Shown here piece after piece: positions 56,483 through 64,000 of a stretch of 64,000 nt of DNA. The notes under the pieces are model-generated. The model was not told the origin of the DNA. It saw only the letters and a list, made by a program, of their open reading frames with translations, and searched no databases. This stretch comes from Escherichia coli (GTDB lineage Bacteria; Pseudomonadota; Gammaproteobacteria; Enterobacterales; Enterobacteriaceae). The position numbers were made by a program, and so were the translations under genes. Positions within the stretch are counted from its first letter, which is position 1, and the number at the start of each line of letters is the position of its first letter. The DNA is taken from NCBI RefSeq assembly GCF_045037415.1, contig NZ_CP173438.1. One strand, written 5' to 3'.

Positions 56483-56905
56483 TTAGCTTTCCCAGAGAAC
56501 GGTAATGGTGTAGATGTTCATGCCGTGATACTGAATAAAGTTGGATTGCCAGAGTTCAAACAGCTCCCTTCCGGCGTTAACAGGCAGGTCACCAACATAA
56601 GCAAGAAAGACATATTGCTGACTCCAGCTGATATCAATTTCCTTTTCAAGTTCGGGGTATACCGTCCCCATATAACTGAAGTCGGTAATGTAATCAAAAT
56701 ACCATTCATCATTGCGTGAAATAATCCGTATTTCGACAGGATGGTAACCACCCTTTTCAGCGCTGTAACTCAGGTCTTTAAATAACAGACTGACGGCTGT
56801 AATTTTGGCTTTATGCGGCGGTGGATTTCCCGCTTCATTTAATATGATATTTATTAATTCCTGATCGACGGGCATAGCTAGCCCTTCCTGATGGACAATA
56901 TTCAT
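56483..56905 (-). CDS. hypothetical protein
   Basis: 140-aa ORF immediately upstream of the C39-like peptidase gene, same strand; no recognisable motif. Confidence 0.45.
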   Translation of the reverse strand: MNIVHQEGLAMPVDQELINIILNEAGNPPPHKAKITAVSLLFKDLSYSAEKGGYHPVEIRIISRNDEWYFDYITDFSYMGTVYPELEKEIDISWSQQYVFLAYVGDLPVNAGRELFELWQSNFIQYHGMNIYTITVLWES

Positions 56906-57229
56906 CAGTGATTTTCCTGTTCAATATATTCTGATAAGACGTTATGTCTGCACCAGCACAGGTGGGGTTTAATCACCTAATAAATGGTAAGTGCATGACA
57001 ACGTACTGACTGGGTAAAATATAGTTCACCAGCAATATTATTATATCAAAAATATACTTTTTATGCAAATAGTAACAAAGAGAAACTAATATGTGGTTCA
57101 GCAATGAAATAACTGGCAATAGGTTTTTATTCATTATTAAGTGATGGCATACTTTCCATTCTGCCATGTCAGACAGGTCAGGATTCCGGGGTGGTTCCTT
57201 CTGTCTGGCATGGCGGAAAACTGACGCTA

Positions 57230-57739
57230 TCACACCTTCCCGTTCAGCTTTTCAAAGAGGCGCTTACGCTCATCTTCGGGCAGCTTCATGATTTGTACCG
57301 CCAGTTCAGAAACATTGGGCACCTGAGACATCAGATCGTCCTTTACCAGCCTGAGGGCCTGCTCCATCAGTTGCGCCCGCGAAGCTGGCGACATATTGCG
57401 ATACAGCTGCACCCAGAGGCTTAGCTGGCGATCACTGTCGTTGAGAGTAAACGCTTCGCCCTTAGCCCTGTTTCTCTCATCATCAAGCGACATTGTGGCT
57501 GCGCTAATATGGTAAACCACACCTTTCCCGGCAGTCCTTTTACGACGTATTTCCGGGTGCAGGGATGCCAGCTTTTCCAAGCGCATCCTGGCGCCACGCG
57601 CAGTGCCCGGCATCCCCTCAATATGAGTGAATTCCTCTGCTGTCAGCCAGTCTTTAGCCTCTTCAACAGAAGCTTCAGGATGAGTAGGTATAGCCGAAAC
57701 TGTTCTCTTACTGCTCATATAAATTTCACCAGATATCAA
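57230..57739 (-). CDS. phage Mu c-repressor-like DNA-binding protein
   Basis: 169-aa ORF with EGMPGTARGARMRL and C-terminal LPEDERKRLFEKLNG, resembling Mu repressor c (AADGMPGSVAGV...LPEEKRKEILSKYG from memory); divergent from a Ner-like gene as in Mu. Confidence 0.6.
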   Translation of the reverse strand: MISGEIYMSSKRTVSAIPTHPEASVEEAKDWLTAEEFTHIEGMPGTARGARMRLEKLASLHPEIRRKRTAGKGVVYHISAATMSLDDERNRAKGEAFTLNDSDRQLSLWVQLYRNMSPASRAQLMEQALRLVKDDLMSQVPNVSELAVQIMKLPEDERKRLFEKLNGKV

Positions 57740-57839
57740 TGCGTTAATATGAAAACCAATAAATAGATACCAAAAGAACTTGAAAGGTATCTTTTATTCG
57801 CATTTAATATCCATGTACTGATTCCATGGAGTTAATACT

Positions 57840-58109
57840 GTGCGTAACTCAACAGCATCGCAGAAAAAGCAAATCAAAGGAAGTTCAGGGAACTGGCATC
57901 GTGCCGATATTGTGGCAGCACTTCACAAGCGAGGGTTAACGCTGGCGTTACTGTCACGCAGTCACGGCCTTGCGCCACGGACATTAAATAACGCCTTAGA
58001 GCGTCATTATCCCAGAGCTGAGCGCATTATTGCCGGGGCTCTGGATACGACACCGGAAACATTATGGCCGGAAAGGTATGCCCTTAAAAATGGACCTAAT
58101 AGCAGGTAA
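57840..58109 (+). CDS. Ner/Nlp-family DNA-binding regulator
   Basis: 89-aa ORF with WHRADIVAALHKRGLTLALLSRSHGLAPRTLNNALERHYPRAERIIAGALDTTPETLWPERY, near-collinear with phage Mu Ner (WHRADVIAGLKKRKLSLSALSRQFGYAPTTLANALERHWPKGEQIIANALETKPEVIWPSRY from memory). Confidence 0.85.
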   Translation: MRNSTASQKKQIKGSSGNWHRADIVAALHKRGLTLALLSRSHGLAPRTLNNALERHYPRAERIIAGALDTTPETLWPERYALKNGPNSR

Positions 58110-58120
58110 AGGATGCAACC

Positions 58121-58648
58121 ATGGCAACCACCATCACTGAAATAACGGAATGCTTTGAGTATTTTTTCAGTTCTCTTTATCGCAGGGAGTTCGTCAAAAC
58201 CCTGCGTCTGAACGAATGTAGCGAGCGGGAATTACTGCCTCTGGTACGTTGCTATTTGCTGGGTTGGTTTGCAGATAACGTCTCACCGGAAGTAAAAAGC
58301 AAACTGCCAGGAACTGTATCCGGGCACGGTTACATTGATTTTGTCATTGACGATGTGGCCGTTGAGTTTGCAGTACGTAAACCAACTGCGGCACGTTCCA
58401 ATGTCTCTGCGACCGTCAACAGTACAGAAGTAAAGAAATTGATGAAACATGACGGCAAAGCCTTGCTTGTGCTGTTTGATTTCTCTGACACACCCTATTC
58501 AGAAGAACAGATTGAATCCTTCCGCAACTGGCCCTCTCTTGGTCGAGGGAATCATCGCAAGTCTGCATTCAACGTCGTTTATTTCTTTGTGGAAAAACGC
58601 AGACCGCTGGCACTGGGGAAAATCACCAAAAACATCCGTATCACTTAA
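58121..58648 (+). CDS. hypothetical protein (possible PD-(D/E)xK-like fold)
   Basis: 175-aa ORF immediately after the ner-like gene; GYIDFVIDDVAVEFAVRK is weakly nuclease-like; assignment is speculative. Confidence 0.4.
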   Translation: MATTITEITECFEYFFSSLYRREFVKTLRLNECSERELLPLVRCYLLGWFADNVSPEVKSKLPGTVSGHGYIDFVIDDVAVEFAVRKPTAARSNVSATVNSTEVKKLMKHDGKALLVLFDFSDTPYSEEQIESFRNWPSLGRGNHRKSAFNVVYFFVEKRRPLALGKITKNIRIT

Positions 58649-58662
58649 CAGGGAATTAATTA

Positions 58663-59022
58663 ATGAACAGAAAACTGTTGGCCTTATTCATGGCAGCCAT
58701 AACGCTACCAGTCGCAGCAGCGCAGTACGTAAAACCCGGAGCGGTTCTAACCCTGCATCCGGGACAGAATAACGCTGAATTCAACATTAATGCCTCAACG
58801 GGGGATGGTTCGGGCGTATGCAATATGGAGGGGACAGCACAGCAAATAGCTGCCGGAGAAAGTCAGAAGCGTCGCTGGGTCTGGAATGACAATGCCAGCG
58901 AGTGTGTTGCAGTAATTAGTGAACTGACAAACGGTAAGGCCAGCATTATGACACGTGGTTGCGAGGGATACTGCGGGGCTTCTGCGGCAGGCGCAATGGA
59001 TGGTCTATTTAATAAGAAATAA
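58663..59022 (+). CDS. hypothetical secreted Cys-containing protein
   Basis: 119-aa ORF with signal peptide MNRKLLALFMAAITLPVAAAQ and four Cys. Confidence 0.5.
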   Translation: MNRKLLALFMAAITLPVAAAQYVKPGAVLTLHPGQNNAEFNINASTGDGSGVCNMEGTAQQIAAGESQKRRWVWNDNASECVAVISELTNGKASIMTRGCEGYCGASAAGAMDGLFNKK

Positions 59023-59052
59023 AAGTATCATTAATTTACGAAGGAACTACAG

Positions 59053-59388
59053 ATGAAAAGAGCAATACTTCTGGTATTAATTGCTGCTGGTTTGCTGGCT
59101 GGCTGCGGCGAGAAAACGCCAAAATGTAGTAGTGATGATGCAAAAAATCTGGTCGGGGATATTGCAAGAAAGACAATCGAGAAAGGGATGAAACTGGATA
59201 AGGATGTGCGTATTTCTGTAGAAAATGTCAGAACAATTAGCCATGAATCAGATCTGGATGTTTATCAGTGCGCTGCTGATTTAACGTTTACAAAACCAGA
59301 TTTGCAAAATTCTCTACCAATCACCTACCGGATTCAGAAAACTGATGAGGGTAAAGGTCCGTTTTATATAAACGTAACAGGTTTATAA
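59053..59388 (+). CDS. hypothetical lipoprotein
   Basis: 111-aa ORF with lipobox MKRAILLVLIAAGLLAGCGEK. Confidence 0.55.
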   Translation: MKRAILLVLIAAGLLAGCGEKTPKCSSDDAKNLVGDIARKTIEKGMKLDKDVRISVENVRTISHESDLDVYQCAADLTFTKPDLQNSLPITYRIQKTDEGKGPFYINVTGL

Positions 59389-59454
59389 TCACTGAATAAC
59401 ATCCGGGTTCCTTTTGGGTGAAATAATTCATGTTTTATTCCAAAAGGAAACCCT

Positions 59455-59700
59455 ATGAAAAAGATCATCATATTTACCATTATAGCTATTATCACATTTA
59501 GTTGGCTCGTTACACACAATACAACTGAGTCCGAAAAAATCCCTCCTGCTAATACTCCCTTTATTATTAAGTCTAACGTACCTGGCATGTGCAAGGTCAG
59601 CGCCATCACAACCTCTACAGATACCAAACAGAATATACCTGTCGTAGCGTGCAAAATCAGCATTACGACCGCAATCACTTCCAGTACTACCAGTTACTGA
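59455..59700 (+). CDS. hypothetical small secreted/membrane protein
   Basis: 81-aa ORF with N-terminal hydrophobic signal/anchor and a Ser/Thr-rich tail. Confidence 0.4.
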   Translation: MKKIIIFTIIAIITFSWLVTHNTTESEKIPPANTPFIIKSNVPGMCKVSAITTSTDTKQNIPVVACKISITTAITSSTTSY

Positions 59701-60267
59701 TCACTGTGTTTACTTTACCGACAGACTGGGATACAAAAACGTCAAACACCTTCTCAATCAGTCTTATACCGTAAGCAATGCCGGGTGTGTCGGGCTCTGA
59801 GGGTTGATTAATTCCACAGGCATATGAAGACTAAATCCTACCATCCCCATACCTGCTGAGCCGCTCCGTTGAACATCTTTATCGCCTTGCTGTGGGTGCC
59901 AATCACGGCTATCCCCGCCCGTCTTGTAGGTTGGGGCTCACCAAATACGATGCCACTGGGAAGCTCTTTCAGTGTCACGTAATGCCATTTATAGCCCAGA
60001 TATGACCTGCTACTGAGCTAACTACATTGATTTGCCTAAATCCTGGGGCCTCTAAAGCGTCAGCGCCGCGCAGCAGTATAGGCAAGCCACTTTTAACGGG
60101 TTTTATCCGGCTCCCTGAGGCTGCTTTCAGAAAAGGCGTGTAATCGGATAACTACAGCAACCTAGGGAAGTATGTGCTTGTAGAATGAATGCAGTGGTAA
60201 TCAAGACTACCGCTTTTACAAACCCCACCAATCGTATAACTGCGATTTGATGGCTACCCATCCTAAG

Positions 60268-62154
60268 TTACTTCATTAAAATAGCACTATTTTTTGAGGG
60301 CAGCGGGATAAGGGCTCTGCGCTCTCCATCCATTGCATGTTCACCCGCAAACCATTCGTAATGAACTTTATTCATGATTGATACCGGCGGTTCTTTATTC
60401 TCTATAACTATGATTTGTAAGGTATCAGGCAATTGGGTCAGTGAATGCCAGAAGCCTTCCTCAATACCAGCCGATATGGGTTCATCGAAGCCCGATACCG
60501 TAGCAGCGGCTTTCTTCTTATAACTTGTCAGCGGTGAATCAATCACGACTAGCCCAGGATGCGGGTATCCTTTTTTAATACAATATTTTAGTAATCCAAT
60601 GATGAAAGCTGAATAAAGAATGGCACGAACACCTTTACCGTGAGACTGCCGAGGTTGTCCATCAACAATGATGTCATACTCTTTTTCATTAAATGAAACG
60701 TCAGGCTCGGCACCCCATTTCCAGTCTTTTAAAACAGTTTCAATTTCTCTACAAAGTTCGGCCAGCGTACGGGTAGATAATCCCTCCCATTCGAGCCGTG
60801 GTTGACTGCTCTTTTCCAGCAGTATTTCTATATCCTTTTGATGTTTTAGTAACTCAAACCATCTCTGTCGATCATTCAACTCAGAGTCTCTTTCAGCTCG
60901 CTGCTCAATAGCTAAATCTAGGCTTTCTTTGGAAAGTGTAAGAAGAGGCTCAAAAGTATATTTGATCTGGTTCTTCATTCCATCCAAGCTTTCTTTTGAC
61001 TTATATCTGTCTATATTCAGAGCTTCTTTTCTTCGGTCAAGATCACTCATCGCTTTTTGCAGGCCTGCAAGGTATCCATGAATTTTTGCAGCTTCAGCTA
61101 AAGAAGAACGTCGGACTTCATTACTGTTCATTAATTTTTTAGCGTTCTCACTGTGTGGATGTAGTAAATTTTGTCCACAAAGGGAACAAGGAACTTCCTG
61201 AAGTGAAGTGAAATAGTGAGAACCTTCGGAAATAAAATCCAACCGCTTCAGGTCGGAATGGTAACGTTCTTCTAATAGGCTATATCTCGATTGAATTTCA
61301 GATACTCCCATTAACTGAGATTCTATTTTTAACGTTAACGCTGTCTCCATTTTTATTCCCTCGAGCAAGTCAGAAATAGCGGCTGCAGCCCTCTCAACTT
61401 CATCAATTGCTTGTGCAATCAATTGATCTGATAAATCATCTGCTGAGCTCGTTAATGGAAACTTGGGCGAACAAATTGAGAAACGTTCATCAAGTGGTCG
61501 AATCAAATCCTGGATGAATTCAAGCTTCGCCATCAACCTCGCTTTTACAATTTCAGGCTTTTCCTCTACGGTAACACCACCATCATCGTGCCCGGTAAGG
61601 ATGTATGAAAACATGCGTTTTCGAGCAGTGTCGTCATAACCGGAACGTCCCGTTACTGGCGAGTATTCGTCGATAATGGATACTTCATCTACCAAAAATA
61701 TAGGAGCGAGCGTTCGAATCGAGAAACGTTGCGTTTCGCCACGAGCATTCTTGCGAAGCTTCGCCTCTTTGATCCCCGCAAAAGGGAAAAGTATGGACGT
61801 CACATCTGGCCCCTTACTCGTTCCTTTACGCACAGGAGCAATTATTTTACCTTCTCCATGGATGTCTTGAATAGCGACATCATGTGCCTCTAATTTCCCC
61901 CCCTCAAGACCGCGCTTGAGCGTTAACACCCCCCCTTCATCATTTTCGAATTCAACATAAAGATGGGTGTAATCGGTGGCCTCTTTAAGCTTTTTTTTGA
62001 GTTTTTCGGCACCAAGAATGTAGTCAAGACAACTCACAAGGTAACTTTTCCCAGTATCAGATTCCCCTGCTAGAATATTCGCACCCTTATAGAAATCAAC
62101 ATAAGCGTCTTGAACGCTGTTTCCGCGCAATAGTATTTTTCTTATACGAAGCAT
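60268..62154 (-). CDS. Rad50/SMC-like ABC ATPase with coiled coil and central CxxC hook (LmuB/DdmC-like)
   Basis: ORF 60268..62175; start set at the ATG at 62154 (MLRIRKILLRG); N-terminal Walker A GESDTGKSYL, long helical middle with CSLCGQ near the midpoint, C-terminal Walker B/D-loop (GLVVIDSPLTSY); start lies 1 nt after the upstream gene's stop. Confidence 0.75.
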   Translation of the reverse strand: MLRIRKILLRGNSVQDAYVDFYKGANILAGESDTGKSYLVSCLDYILGAEKLKKKLKEATDYTHLYVEFENDEGGVLTLKRGLEGGKLEAHDVAIQDIHGEGKIIAPVRKGTSKGPDVTSILFPFAGIKEAKLRKNARGETQRFSIRTLAPIFLVDEVSIIDEYSPVTGRSGYDDTARKRMFSYILTGHDDGGVTVEEKPEIVKARLMAKLEFIQDLIRPLDERFSICSPKFPLTSSADDLSDQLIAQAIDEVERAAAAISDLLEGIKMETALTLKIESQLMGVSEIQSRYSLLEERYHSDLKRLDFISEGSHYFTSLQEVPCSLCGQNLLHPHSENAKKLMNSNEVRRSSLAEAAKIHGYLAGLQKAMSDLDRRKEALNIDRYKSKESLDGMKNQIKYTFEPLLTLSKESLDLAIEQRAERDSELNDRQRWFELLKHQKDIEILLEKSSQPRLEWEGLSTRTLAELCREIETVLKDWKWGAEPDVSFNEKEYDIIVDGQPRQSHGKGVRAILYSAFIIGLLKYCIKKGYPHPGLVVIDSPLTSYKKKAAATVSGFDEPISAGIEEGFWHSLTQLPDTLQIIVIENKEPPVSIMNKVHYEWFAGEHAMDGERRALIPLPSKNSAILMK

Positions 62155-62155
62155 G

Positions 62156-62671
62156 TTATAAATCCAGTAGATCAATTGCGGTCAATCGGTCGAATTCAGA
62201 ACCCCATTGCCCCACATTCTGAGATATATATGAAGCAAGTTCTTCATCCGTATATTCATAGAATTGCTTTGTGACCCAAGAGGCACGTTCTGCGAGCTCT
62301 TTTGAATACTGTGACATCAAAAGCCGCACAAACCTTCCTGTTAAATTGGTAGCCTGATACAAAATACCTTCGGCAGCAAAGACAACCTTAATCAATTCTC
62401 TTGATAGCATTAAATGCAGCCCTGCCTGAATTGCGCTTCGCTTAACAAGAAGCTCTGCTCCCCGGTGAGGAACTGCTGGATGAAGGCTTTTAGGCCCCCT
62501 AGGTACGTCACTGGTATGCACAAGAAGATAGTCATACGAAACTATCCTTTGTAGGTCCATTGCTACATTGTCCGCTGCATCCAATATGAACAGAGCACGA
62601 AATCCATACTCCAGCGGAGTGTTAAAAGGTCTCTGCTCAAAGTTTCCTTCAAATACTTGCATTTCGCTCAT
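62156..62671 (-). CDS. small middle-component protein (LmuC/DdmB-like)
   Basis: ORF 62156..62683 opens with a non-ATG codon; the ATG at 62671 (MSEMQVFEG) overlaps the upstream stop as ATGA; about 171 aa, no recognisable catalytic motif. Confidence 0.6.
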   Translation of the reverse strand: MSEMQVFEGNFEQRPFNTPLEYGFRALFILDAADNVAMDLQRIVSYDYLLVHTSDVPRGPKSLHPAVPHRGAELLVKRSAIQAGLHLMLSRELIKVVFAAEGILYQATNLTGRFVRLLMSQYSKELAERASWVTKQFYEYTDEELASYISQNVGQWGSEFDRLTAIDLLDL

Positions 62672-63807
62672 GGATTGCACCAATTAATCAAGTTTGTATT
62701 GGCTAGTTGGTGGCATATACCTTCACGATCCTTATTCGTTACGTGAATGGCAAGTGGGTGCGCACCAAGTTGCAGGGTCTGAGCGGCCTTGACGGTATTT
62801 TTTAACCGAAGGAGTGGAGTCCCTGTCAGGTCAGAGGTGTAGTGATACAGACCATCATCAAACTCTACAAGTAAAGAATTAAAGAATTCTTGATTCGCCA
62901 TTTGGTCCCTAGCGAGTTCCTTTAGCCCTTCCGAGCAATAAAAAGTTATTCGGGACCGTTCAAAGAGTTTTACATGGCTGATACTTGATTGAAAATCAAC
63001 TAAATCTCGCACGTTGGTTTTGATATCAGCGCTGATAACTGAAAAGAGTTGTTCAATATATACAGTTTCAATGGGAGCCACAGATGATGGGGGCCTAGTT
63101 GGTGGATCCCGCTCAATTAATGGTGCGCCAAAGACCATAAGATGAAAAGAGGTTTTACTGTGTTCGGCAAGTATCTCAATAGGCTGTTTTGCATGAAAAA
63201 TACTAAAATCAAACTCTTTAATATATTTTTCAAGTTCAGGCGTCAGGTCAACACTATGTTTCGATGTAATTTGCTTTGAAAAAGTTGCCCACTCGGATAG
63301 CATTTTCTCTTTGAGTTTAGTTGGATCATCTAGGAGGTCTTGGAATGGCGATGTTACCCCTTTATGTGTAACAAAATGGTATTGTGTAGGTACTGTGTAG
63401 TCCTTGATGAAAGTATAATAGATAACTTTTGCAACTTCGATGCCTGCCTTAGGAAGGCCTAAATTCGCATCATAATGTTTGCATTGATATAAGTGCCATC
63501 TTCGAGGAACAGCATCAGATGGATCAAGCCATACAACAATATCTCTGCCTTTATCTCCTGCCCCGCCACGTTGTTGTACTTCGTTGACATATTGCTGACC
63601 AGCTAAGTATTCAGAGGCCCATTCGAGTGTAAACCTTTCAAATTCGGCGGCGCTAAACTGTGCCAGACGATCCAAGGGGGCTATTGGAAGCCCTACACCT
63701 AACCCAAGCAGCCGAGCGTTCGCACCCGGCCACGTTGTAGGAGCAGAAAGCGCGCCAAGCGTCGAACTTGAATTTTGTTTCATCTTCTCTACCACCACAA
63801 CCTCCAT
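62668..63807 (-). CDS. putative effector with N-terminal PD-(D/E)xK-like (Cap4/DUF4297-like) nuclease motif (LmuA/DdmA-like)
   Basis: 379-aa ORF; GDKGRDIVVWLDPSD...WHLYQCKHY fits a D...(E/Q)xK nuclease core; first gene of a 3-gene coupled operon; alternative start at the ATG at 63783. Confidence 0.6.
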   Translation of the reverse strand: MEVVVVEKMKQNSSSTLGALSAPTTWPGANARLLGLGVGLPIAPLDRLAQFSAAEFERFTLEWASEYLAGQQYVNEVQQRGGAGDKGRDIVVWLDPSDAVPRRWHLYQCKHYDANLGLPKAGIEVAKVIYYTFIKDYTVPTQYHFVTHKGVTSPFQDLLDDPTKLKEKMLSEWATFSKQITSKHSVDLTPELEKYIKEFDFSIFHAKQPIEILAEHSKTSFHLMVFGAPLIERDPPTRPPSSVAPIETVYIEQLFSVISADIKTNVRDLVDFQSSISHVKLFERSRITFYCSEGLKELARDQMANQEFFNSLLVEFDDGLYHYTSDLTGTPLLRLKNTVKAAQTLQLGAHPLAIHVTNKDREGICHQLANTNLINWCNP

Positions 63808-64000
63808 GGAGAAGTGATATTAAATCTTTAGTCTTTTAAAATTTTACAAAATCTAACACAGTGCGCCAGGAAAGTAATTGACTAAGGTTCCCCACACACA
63901 AGAGCAAATCTTAACCTTGCTACGGGACATAACTACTTCCGCCCCACCGGCTACCCAGTCATCGACAGTTTGGCAGCTCACTCCACTGTGCCGAGCATAA

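Noticed and set aside
57840-58109. Ner-like gene as evidence of an intact Mu-like prophage
   Set aside because: No MuA/MuB transposase or Mu structural genes follow it within the window; treated as a co-opted regulatory module, not a prophage.

Overview
The window is an Escherichia coli chromosomal segment with a K-12-like core backbone (identified by reading the translations, not by any database search): rssA-ychJ-purU-tyrT, then narIJHG-narK-narXL-ychO-ychN-chaCBA-ldr-kdsA-sirB1-sirB2-prmC-prfA-hemA-lolB-ispE-prs-dauA-ychH-pth-ychF. Two accessory blocks interrupt it. (1) A translationally coupled 7-gene minus-strand operon (2738-9655) sits between the single tRNA-Tyr and narI and encodes lipid/polyketide-type enzymes. 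(2) A mosaic genomic island starts just downstream of ychF (about 38.4 kb) and runs to the window end. It carries a P4-type integrase, an IS3-family element whose orfB is split by a group II intron, IS21 and IS30 remnants, a coupled pair of large membrane/secreted proteins, an AlpA-led operon, a second tyrosine recombinase with RadC-like and C39-like peptidase genes, and a divergent phage Mu c/ner-like switch with no Mu transposase. The best candidate for the system of interest is the last three genes (60268-63807, minus strand): a nuclease-like effector, a small middle protein and a Rad50/SMC-like ABC ATPase, which I read as a Lamassu/DdmABC-like (ABC-3C) defence cassette. narL, the group II intron protein and one island gene each carry an apparent frameshift. 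No CRISPR array or rRNA was seen.
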